A DNA stretch of 64,000 bases from Eledone cirrhosa (lineage: Eukaryota): positions 62,001 through 126,000 of the forward strand of contig CAXHJY010000689.1 in the NCBI GenBank assembly GCA_964016885.1, written 5' to 3'. Positions within the stretch are counted from its first letter, which is position 1; the number at the start of each line of letters is the position of its first letter. The notes under the pieces were generated by a model. The model saw only the letters and a program-made list of their open reading frames with translations, was not told the DNA's origin and ran no database searches. A program made the translations under genes and the position numbers. Below, one piece after another: positions 53,216 through 64,000 of the stretch.

Positions 53216-53914
53216 CTCTTTATATATTTGATATGTCTAATATGTGAATATACTTGCATTTTGCTACACATGTACTTCTCTTTCTCTCACTTTCTCTTTC
53301 TCCCTCTCTCTTTATCTTACTCCCCCTCCCTTTCTCTTACTCCCCCTCCCTTTCTCTTACTCCCCCTCCCTTTCTCTTACTCCCCCTCCCTTATCTATCT
53401 CCCCCTCCCTTCTCTCTCTCTTTCTCCTCTGTATATATATATATATAAAACGAAGAAAGCCAAGGTTAGCAAATTAAATCAATTTTTTAATATCTATGTT
53501 CGTTTCTATAGAGATGATAATGATACATGCATATGTAAACAATAAATTACTCAGAAACAGTTAATTAACAATTGTTTACACTAAGCAGAAAACATATAAC
53601 ACCCGCATATCATTAGGAATTATTAAAAAGGAATGAATTTAACTAAATACAAATGTTGAACATTAGGAAGCACAGTGAAGCAGGGTAGAAGTAGAAAATT
53701 GTAATTGTGTTTTTAGGTTGAAGAAAAAGGTATTACATCTTAGTAATAATATTATTATTTCTTATAATTGTTAGAAGAATGTTCATTAGTGGTAGTCAAA
53801 TAATATAAATACAGAGAAAAGTTAAAAGTAAGAAGCAAAAATAGTTCAGAGGCCGCAATAGTAATTAGTTTTCGTGTTAATGGGATATACAATATGTAGA
53901 AACATACTAATTAT

Positions 53915-54180
53915 TAAAATAAAGTACCAGTAATGTACTGGGTAATTGATGGCCTTGTGCCAAAAGTAGAAACAATTATTATTACTATAATTGGATTGGC
54001 AGTATCGGTAGAGGGTCGGACGCCATGCTTTCCAGCATAGTTACGTCCCTTTACGATCTGAGTTCAAATCCCGCCGAGGTTGACTTTGCCTTTCATCCTT
54101 ACCGGGTCGATAAAATAAAGTACCAGTAATGCACTGGGTAATTGCTGGCCTTGTGCCTAAAGTAGAAACAATTATTACTA
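53915..54180 (+). mobile_element. Family-2 SINE short subfamily: 3' fragment followed by a full copy
   Basis: 53915-53983 is the 3' part; 53992-54180 is full length. Confidence 0.9.
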
Positions 54181-54504
54181 TAATTAGCCAGGTTCCCTCT
54201 TTCCAATATAAAGATCAGAAGTAGAGGACATCATACTATTTGGCAATCTCAGGCCTTCAAATTTCCGATTTCTCGCGGCAAATTCAAATCTTGAAGCGGT
54301 GTTGTTAAACTTAGCGGTGTATCGCTTCGTAAAGTAACCTGTTTGATTTTTTACCTCCGTTTCAGCGTGTCTATTTATAATTATGCTATTTAATGAATTA
54401 AATATTTAAAGAATTAAAAATCAATGACGAAGCAAAGCTACTCCACATTAACCTCACTACCAAATTTCATGAGTCACTAATATAAACTTCCACCTGCCTT
54501 AAGA

Positions 54505-54675
54505 AATAATTGTTTCTACGTTTGGCACAAGGCCAGCAATCAACCAGTGCATCACTGGTACTTTATTTTATCGACCCCGTAAGGATGAAAGGCAAAGTTA
54601 ACCTCGACGAGATTTGAACTCAGATCGTAAAAGGACGTAACTATGCTGGAAAGCATGGCGTCCGACCTTCTACCG
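54505..54675 (-). mobile_element. Family-2 SINE, short subfamily
   Basis: Inverted relative to 53992-54180. Confidence 0.85.
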
Positions 54676-55716
54676 AGAAATAATAACGGGAAAATACGGT
54701 AGAAATTTAGATGACAGATAGGTCACAATATAGCATATAATAAAACTGTTACAATTTTCCCTTACAAAAATAGTAATAGCGTATTAATTAACAACATTCA
54801 ATGCCAAGTAAGTATAATCTTATAGAGAAGCGAGCCGAATAACTAAGAAATCCCACCAACGTAGCTGTTGAATGAAAACATTCTATCAGTTAAGCAATGT
54901 CTCTCATTCCTTTTGTAATAGACATAACTGGAGTGATACACAACTATTTCTATAAAGACATTGATAGATAGAGACACGTTCCAGAAAGTAATAATAATAG
55001 TCTGTTAACATTTTTAGGGTATTCTCACATTGCAGTTATTAACCTTGAACATCTGCGTTACCCTTCATCAATTTCATCCATATTTCATAAAATGTACCTA
55101 ATTCTGGTTTAAAAAAAGGGGGTATTCTTGATGGGATTTTTCTGACCATGGATAATGGCTTCTAACAAAAGCGCATGGTCACAACATTGTGAGTAGGGGA
55201 TAGCCCGAGTAAATCGACTGGTTCTTTATTTCGTCTAACCCCGAAGACTGAAAGGCAATATTTAATCTCGATGTCATTTGAATTCAGAACCTAAAACACT
55301 GAAATCAATACCACGAGGTATTTTATCCGAGGTTAAAATCATGAATAAAATATGAAAACTGTTTCTATCATTGGCACATGGCAAGCAATTTGGAGAAAGG
55401 GAAAAGTCAATTATATCGACCCCCGGCGCTTAACTGATGCTTTATTTTAACTAACCACGAAGGCTAAATGGCAATGTCAACCTCGGTGTGATTTCAACTC
55501 AGAAAGTAAAGTCCCGAGATAAATACTACAAGGCTTTTTTATCAGACGAATAACGATTATACGAATCCCAAACCATACGTAATAAGTAATAATAATATAT
55601 TTCCCAATAGTGATGAAATAGCAAGAACGTGTACAGTACAAAACTAAAGAATGTAAATATATATATATATATACACACACACACACGCACACACGCACAC
55701 ACACACGCACACACAC

Positions 55717-55778
<62 letters not shown>

Positions 55779-55794
55779 CTCTCTCTCTATATAT

Positions 55795-55999
55795 ATAGGA
55801 GAAAGTATGACCCCGACGGCAGAGCTCAAGCCGTTTCGACGGGTATTTCTGGACTAAGAAATAGTCCAGAAATAGCCGTCGAAACGGCTTGAGCTCTGCC
55901 ATCAGGGTCGTACTTTCTCCTATTACCCACTCTACTACCCTAAGTATTGAGTACTCTGGTGCGTTATGGTCCATCTGGTTCCTTACCACAACTCCTTCG

Positions 56000-56002
<3 letters not shown>
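55795..56002 (+). mobile_element. Hairpin+tail cassette, family C (copy 3)
   Basis: Near-perfect palindrome 55795-55923 plus an 80 bp tail into (TA)n. Confidence 0.85.
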
Positions 56003-56065
<63 letters not shown>

Positions 56066-57186
56066 GTATATGTTCAAATCTAATCGGTGTCAGCTTTATG
56101 AATTTCAAATCATTTTTGTAACCAGTTTCTCTTGAACGTTTTAAAACATAACTAAAGAAATCCTTCGCATCAATTTTATAAATATGTGGGCAGATTATAT
56201 TTTTATCGGGCACATTTGACGCTGTTATCTGCGGTTCAGCCATATTTATACACTGGCTTTAAAATAGTTATCTTTTTATCTGCTACCTAGATATTTTTAA
56301 AACTGCTGCTTAGTAGTCGAATGAATTAACTGTGGTAGAGTTAACAACTATGTGGTAAATACGGATTCAATTAGCAATTAACTAAATAGGAACAATTTGT
56401 CTGGAGGGTTTCAGCTTAATCAGAACTTCTACTGTAATAGTTTCTTTCTTTTTTTATCTCCTATCCAGTAAGTATGAAACAAACTCGCAACTGAATCATG
56501 TTTTGAATTATTATGGTTGAATTTAGAATTGTTAGAAACCGATGTGACTTTGTGTTGACAATAAATAATCGAAAAACATGTATTGAAAATGTTTGCTGTT
56601 GCCGCGAGGAAAGGAACATTACCGATGTCTCCAGATCATATTCTTTATCAAGTAGAGATGTATGATAGTTCCGTGTGACATCATCTGGTAAAAATAATCT
56701 CACAAGGATCTGTTTCATCTCTTCCTTGTTAGCGGGACGCATCTTGAAATGTCAGCTCTTTTCTTAAACCTACGGCAATTACATTTAATTTAAGTATCAC
56801 CTTTCCTGTGAATATATATAATTGGCAGAGTCCTTATAGTGTCGCTTAGAACACCTTTCGTATTTGGTCAGACTCTCTGCATTCTGAATTCCAATCCCGC
56901 CTAGATTAACTTTGGTTTTCATTATTTTGGTGTCGATAACTAAAGTACAAGTTGATGACGGGTAATTAGTCGAATTGTCAGAGCGCAGGAACTTGTGGTA
57001 TCTATTCCATCTTTTTAAGTTCTAACAATGATGATGCGTGAGGGAAGCTGTACCAGCCATTGTCTTTGCATTGAACCACATCGGTAATGTGGTGTAAGGA
57101 AGAAACTAGCATACATGACCAACTGTTGGTCTTCCATCCATCTTCTTATACTTCACTACAATACACTGTACTATACTGTATTACAG

Positions 57187-57345
57187 CAGGGCCGTCTTAA
57201 CGCATGGGCACGCTCGGCAGTTGCCCGGGGTCCCCACGAGGATAGGGGGGGGGGGGCATTTGTATTTTTATTCCTGTGAGTGGTTGTGTAGGTAGGGGCC
57301 CCAGTGCTCTGCTTTGCCCGGGGGCCTATAATGCTGTTAAGACGG
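57187..57345. mobile_element. hAT-like MITE with a truncated right TIR
   Basis: cagggccgtcttaac ... gttaagacgg, with internal ggggccc and tgcccgggg motifs. Confidence 0.65.
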
Positions 57346-58345
57346 CTATCCATCCGACATCTGCTCATAGTATTACTGTACTATACTGTACTACATTGTA
57401 CTGTACTACACTATTACAGCTATCTATCCGACATCTGCCCATAATATTACTGTACTGTACTACATTGTACTGTACTACACTACACTATTACAGCTATCTA
57501 TCCGACATCTGCCCATAATATTACTGTACTGTACTACATTGTACTGTACTACACTACACTATTACAGCTATCTATCCGACATCTGCCCATAATATTACTG
57601 TACTGTACTACATTGTACTGTACTACACTATTACAGCTATCTATCCGACATCTGCCCATAATATTACTGTACTGTACTACATTGTACTGTACTACACTAC
57701 ACTATTACAGCTATCTATCCGACATCTACCCATAATATTACTGTACTGTACTACATTGTACTGTACTACACTACACTATTACAGCTATCTATCCGACATC
57801 TGCCCATAATATTACTGTACTGTACTACATTGTACTGTACTACACTACACTATTACAGCTATCTATCCGACATCTGCCCATAATATTACTGTACTGTACT
57901 ACATTGTACTGTACTGTACTACACTATTACAGCTATCTATCCAACATCTGCCCATAATATTACTGTACTGTACTACATTGTACTGTACTACACTACACTA
58001 TTACAGCTATCTATCCAACATCTGCCCATAATATTACTGTACTACACTGTACTACATTGTACTGTACTACACTACACTATTACAGCTATCTATCCAACAT
58101 CTGCCCATAATATTACTGTACTGTACTACATTGTACTGTACTACACTACACTATTACAGCTATCTATCCGACATCTACCCATAATATTACTGTACTACAC
58201 TGTACTACATTGTACTGTACTACACTACACTATTACAGCTATCTATCCGACATCTACCCATAATATTACTGTACTACACTGTACTACATTGTACTGTACT
58301 ACACTACACTATTACAGCTATCTATCCGACATCTGTCCATAACTC
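57346..58345. repeat. 69-79 bp minisatellite built on (ctgta/ctaca) pentamers, about 13 copies
   Basis: Unit ttacagctatctatccgacatctgcccataatattactgtactgtactacattgtactgtactacactacacta. Confidence 0.95.
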
Positions 58346-59612
58346 TATTGTACTACACAGTACTACACACTATTGTACTGCATTCTACTGTACTATACTG
58401 TACTGTATTACCTTCTACTGTACTATACTGTACTATACTGTACTGCAGCTATCCAGTCAACATCTGTACATAGTACATAGTATCACCGTACCATACTATA
58501 CAATACTGCACTACAGTGCATTACAGCTATCCCGTCAACATCTGCACATAGTACATAGTATCACTGTACTATACTAAACGATACTGCACTATATTCAATG
58601 GTAGTTATCCTGTCGATATATGTACATAGTGAAGCTATCCTGTCGAAATCTGTACATAGTACTACTGTACTACACTATACTACACTATACTCTACTCTGC
58701 TCATCTGTCCAGCCGACATTTGTGCTTATCCAAAAGTTCTTCCTTATCAGTAACTTTGTTTTTTCAATTATATTATCTGTTCACTCACCATTCCTAAAAC
58801 ATCTGCTCCGTGTGTATTTCTCTTTGTGAATATTTGTGTGTGTATTCCTGTATATGTTTATCTACGCCTGTCTGTATATGTGTATGTATGTATTCCTATA
58901 TATGTCTACCTATGCCTGCCTGTATATGTCTGTGTGTGTATTGCTATACATGTGTACAAATGCCTGGCTGTATATGTCTCGATGTCTTCCTCTGCATGTT
59001 TGTATGTACTTGTGCTTTCGTATATAGGCGTGTGTGCGTACATGTGTCTATTGCTATCATTGCACGTCTTGATGTGTGCCAATGTGTGTGTGCATATATA
59101 TATATGTGTGTGTGTGTGACCAGGGCGCGTGTGTGTATGTGTATGTATAAGCACTTATAGGTATGTATGTGTGTTTGATTATATATGCGCACGCATGTCT
59201 ATATGTTAGTGTATATGGATATGTGTATGTATGTGTTTGTGTGTTTGTGTGTGTGTTTGTGTGTTTGTGTGTGTGTTTAAGTTTCTCTTCTCCAATAGTA
59301 AAAACAGTTTCTTTATGTCTCACCATTGAAATTCTTTCTGCCAAAAGAGTTTTGAAAATTCGTTATGAAAGATGAAAGAAATATATTTTATTTATTTTTG
59401 TTGTTGCTATCATTTTTATCATCATCATCATCATCATCATCATAATATTATTTTATTTGCACTGAATCGACCATTTTTCTTGTTTTAATTTTATATTTAT
59501 ATCCTTTTATTTTTTTTTTCATAAAATCATGTTTATTTTCTTTGATTTCCCTTCAAGGTATTTTACTACTTTTCTTCCAGAAATATGTTCGTTATCTACT
59601 CTTGACTATTTT

Positions 59613-59674
<62 letters not shown>

Positions 59675-60904
59675 AGATCATCATTATCATCACCGTCGTC
59701 GTTTTAACGTATGTTTCCCTGCTAGCAAGGGCCGAACGGTATTCATATATATGTCATATAACCATTAAAATTCTAGAATTATATGCACATGCATACATAA
59801 AAGTATGTATGTATATATGCTTATATGCATAGCTGTATATATATGTATGTATCTATCTATTTATTTGCATAACTATGTATATATGTGTTACTGTATGTGT
59901 GCATGTATATATATATGTATGTGTGCATGACTGGATGCATGTGTTTATTTATGTATACACGTGTGAATGTGTGTAAAGTTTTGCTATGGATGTGGTGATG
60001 TTTAAGCTGTTGAAAACATTGCAATTGCCTACAACTTGAAGGCACATTTCTAAGAAATATATAAGCGTGAGTTACGGAACCAATACTGCTTGAGTACAGG
60101 ATCTTCGTCTTTGTCTGGCAATGTAATAATATTACCGGAATTTATTCAATGAGTTGGTTGAAAATGTAATTTTTGGGCTCATATCTTAGTCCTCTACACA
60201 GATTTCAACTGCCACCGAGAAACAATGTTATTTTTCACTCTGCATTGACCGAATTAGATTCCTTCAAAGAGTCATTGGAGTAACGTTACTTAATAGTGTG
60301 CGGAGCTCGGGGATCCGATAGTCGCTCCACATAGAGCCATTACATCTCCGCAGTTAAAATAAATCATTGGTTTTTACCATCAGCTGCTGTTTTCTTTAAC
60401 CTGCCATATTCGATCTTATATTTTTTATCGTCTTCAGGTGAAACATGTTTTAAGTAATTTTTCCACGCAATCGCATATTAACTTGACTTAAAGAAATTAA
60501 TACATAATTGTTTGCGTTTCTTAAACCTAAGAAATAGTTTCCTTCGCCATATTTAGTCCTTTTATAGTATAAACCATTATATACAAACACGTGACTAGAG
60601 AAAAGTCAAATCCCCCCCCCCCCCCCCCCCGCTCAAAAGAAAATAGCATATTTTATCCATCAGGATGTTATGACGTATATTGATTGAACTTTAAAGAATA
60701 GAAGAAACAAATTTCTCTCTACTACGTAATTGAGAATTAGAATTTTAGATAATGATAAATGATATATCTTCTCTCATAGTTAAGTATTTATAACATATTA
60801 TGATTAACTAACTACTACTAAATTCATCCAGTTCTTGGTGGTGATATGATAAAACCTTTACATCTCACATGATCAAGCATTATCTGCCTCAGTTCCTCAC
60901 GGAT

Positions 60905-61212
60905 AATTCAGTATCTCTCTTCAATGACTGCCTTTAATGTTTTGAGAGGTCTTCCACATTTGCGTTTCACTTAAGTGGGCTTCCATACTAAACGTTTTGT
61001 AGTAAGTTTGTTGCCTCTCTTGAAGACTCCTGACATGGATAGTATGGTTTATGGGCGAGAGGTTACCCTATATAATTTTGTTTGTAACTCGGTGAAGAGT
61101 TTCGATGTTTTTTATCTTTACCATTTGTGTGTAGCCGCCATCTAAAGCGTTAGTGGTAGTTATCGTCACCAACCATGGTTCACAGGAATACAGTAACATC
61201 GATTTCAATAAA
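60905..61212 (-). mobile_element. Decayed RTE-clade LINE ORF C-terminal fragment
   Basis: Minus strand: SMLLYSCEPW...ALDGGYTQM...VTNKII*GNLSPINHTI...RLVWKPT*VKRKCGRPLKT, resembling the LLYGxETW...LDGxYTR...GKRxRGRP region of RTE ORFs. Confidence 0.7.
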
Positions 61213-61835
61213 AACAAAGCCCTGACTAACTAATCACCATAAAAACTTCATGATATGTTTAATATTTACACTGACTAACTGCCATAAATTCTTAACCACA
61301 TTATCAAATATTTATAACGTATTATGACTAACTAAACATTATAAGAATTTAAACATATTCTTAAACTGACAAAACAACATAAATATGATAATTAACCGGT
61401 TCGTTAAGTATTTATTACGTATTATGAAGTACTTAACCATATATTCCACAGAGAATAATCAACTACTTAACGTCGATGTCATTAACATATTTAAAACAGA
61501 AATTCAAACAAATTATTTGTGACTGGAAGCATCCGATATATTTGATTTCTGTTTCCATAGACACTCCAGTGCTTTGCTTTATTTCCTTAAGCAATCCACT
61601 ATAGAAGAACAGCATTTGATAGATATAATTGAATTGATTCTTTGAACTTTGAGTCTTGTTTATTAGCGACTGTAATTGTAAATACAGACCACACCTTCCT
61701 GTTCGTGTTTTGTTGCTAATAACATTGCATAATTATTAATTGATTGTTTAGTTTACTTAGGCGGTGTAAATAATTGAGACGTTGAATACCTCAAATTTTG
61801 ATTTCTAAATCTCTGCTTAACGAGAACCTATATTT

Positions 61836-62114
<279 letters not shown>

Positions 62115-62131
62115 TATATATATATATATAT

Positions 62132-62392
62132 ATAATTATTAAAGCCAGTTACTACAACGGCGCCATAGCAGGCATGACGTTTCGTTAGCCCCGAGGAACA
62201 ACTTGTTCAATCTGTGCCGATGAGAATGGACTGGCACAGGTTTGAACAAGTTGGTTTTCAAGGCTAACGAATCGTACGTACCTGGAATGGTACCGTTGTA
62301 GTAACTGACTTTAACAATTATATTCAAACTCGCTCTACGAACTTGAGCTGCTCTATAGCATGAATATCTTTAATCACCTATCATTACTACTA
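62132..62392 (+). mobile_element. Hairpin+tail cassette, family H (copy 2), with decayed hammerhead motifs in both arms
   Basis: Imperfect arms of about 85 bp. The right arm reads cagg-tTTGAACAA-gttgg...ctaac-GAAT-cgtacg-TA-cctg. Confidence 0.7.
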
Positions 62393-62446
62393 TATATATA
62401 TATATATATAATTTAAAATTCAGTAAGACCAAGGATTACTATTACT

Positions 62447-62563
62447 GTTTATTTATACATCTACGAACGTTTCAATGCAACCGTAATAATCCACCAATAG
62501 TGTAGTAAAACCGAAAATGATTAGTTACTTCAAGTCGTATCTCTTCAGGAAGTACAATAAAAC
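62447..62563 (-). ncRNA. Type I hammerhead ribozyme motif with long loop II
   Basis: Minus strand: gttttattgtacttc-CTGAAGA-gatacgac(about 52 nt)gttgcatt-GAAA-cgttcg-TA-gatgtataaataaac. Confidence 0.65.
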
Positions 62564-62630
62564 AATAATTTGTTCAACATCAAAAGGCAAAATAACCAAT
62601 GAAAATACTGAACTAGCGCACTATAACCTC

Positions 62631-62697
<67 letters not shown>

Positions 62698-63209
62698 AAA
62701 TAGAACGGAAAAGGATTTTTTCAGTAGAAAACTGTTGAAGAGGTTTTTTTAGTGAAATTTCAAAACGTTAATTTATTTACAATACCGGTTTCAGCATTAA
62801 ATTCATTGTCAATTGCGGATATGTAGAATATTGTTAAGTTGCATATTTGTACAAATAGTGAAAATAATAATAGTAACAAAAAAAATATAGAGAGGGGAAG
62901 AAAAATTAATTTTCAAATACATGTTCCTTCAGAAAAGAAAGTCAATTCCTCTGTCCATCCTTTAATGGCTTAGATAGAGAGAGATGCAACTGGGCATTGG
63001 AGGAGCAGCATATCATATGTTGCTGGCCCCTGGGTGTTACACAATCTGTTGCTGTGTGTAACACCCTGAAGTGTAACCATTTCATTTCCTTTGCATTTCT
63101 TGCTAATTTTCTTCAACCTAAGACATCAACGTCGCACAATTGTATTTCTACCCTCTTCACGTATATAACCTTATGACAGAACAAGCAATCAAGTCAAGTA
63201 TTTATCCTA

Positions 63210-63350
63210 ATGATGACGATGATGATGATGAAGACGACGATGATGACGATGACAACAATGATGATGACGATGACGATGACGATGACACCGACGACGACGA
63301 TGATAATGATGATGATGATGATAATGACGATGATAAAACTGGTGATGATG
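63210..63350. repeat. (GAT/GAC)n trinucleotide tract
   Basis: Directly visible. Confidence 0.9.
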
Positions 63351-63959
63351 AGAAGGGATGTAGTAGGAAACTATTGCTTTCAGATGTTTGGCTTCAAATT
63401 ACATTTAGTGAAACATCAATATTCTCTGGAAATCAATTCATCATATTGGCAATCTTAGACTTTTAATTTTTCAAAATAAAAGATATAACTCATTGCCACT
63501 TCTCATATTCTCCCCCATCCCCACCCCTCTCTCCTCACTCCCTTCACCCTCACCTCACTTTCTTCTCTCTCTCTCTCTTTCTTTCTCTCTCTCTCACACA
63601 CACACACACATCCGCACATTCTATTTCTCTGTTACACACACACTTCATTCTCTTCATTTCTTTTCTTCTTTCTTTATAATAGCCTCTTCTGTCTCACTAA
63701 TTCATTCTGCCACTTCCAATTTATTTCTCTCTTATTCTATCCAATTTTCTCTTTCTTTATCCCCATCCTACTTGTTTTCTCTTCATCCTCCCTCTCTTCC
63801 CCCTCTCTCCCCTCTCTTACTATGTATCTATCTATCTCTTTCTCTCTCTCTCTCTCTATATATATATATCCTCTGTTTATTTAATTTTTAGCTTGTCTCT
63901 CGTCGTTTTATTCTTCACCTTTTACTACCTGCTCTCTATCTCCCCCACCTCCCCCTCTC

Positions 63960-63990
<31 letters not shown>

Positions 63991-64000
63991 ATATATATAT

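Noticed and set aside
53992-54075. tRNA gene
   Set aside because: The A/B boxes belong to a SINE head. There is no complete cloverleaf and the sequence continues into the SINE body.
55862-55900. Hammerhead in family C (cGAAAc present)
   Set aside because: No CUGANGA core or valid NUH site is visible in any of the three copies. Only a small agccgt-cgaa-acggct hairpin is supportable.
56623-56684. Possible short minus-strand exon (DDVTRNYHTSLLDKEYDLETS)
   Set aside because: The splice-like signals are plausible, but the segment is short and has no recognisable homology.
57346-58345. CRISPR-like look of the regular tandem array
   Set aside because: There are no unique spacers, the units differ only in pentamer count, the context is eukaryotic and no cas genes are present.
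63140-63466. Acidic poly-Asp ORF
   Set aside because: It is a (GAT/GAC)n microsatellite with no supporting gene structure.

Overview
A 64 kb AT-rich, microsatellite-saturated eukaryotic window. The tRNA-derived SINE families and the (TA)n/(CA)n/(GGT)n load point to a cephalopod (Octopus-like) genome, which is an inference. No intact protein-coding gene is supportable, and almost all ORFs in the track are translations of simple repeats. Recognisable content: two or three SINE families (>25 copies), decayed LINE remnants (RTE x3, CRE-like x2, Tx1/L1-like x1), three non-autonomous Helitrons, a few MITEs, several minisatellites and a few isolated candidate exons. The main signal is a set of about 15 short cassettes from several unrelated sequence families, nearly all bracketed by (TA)n runs. 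They share one architecture: a fold-back hairpin joined to a single-copy tail. Several contain type I hammerhead ribozyme motifs, and the tails of unrelated families share a TGARTGCTCT-like motif. The cassettes cluster in trains at 22.6-24.4 kb, 32.9-33.7 kb and 62.0-62.8 kb. They are best explained as ribozyme-bearing Penelope-like retroelement termini that target TA microsatellites and fold back at each insertion.
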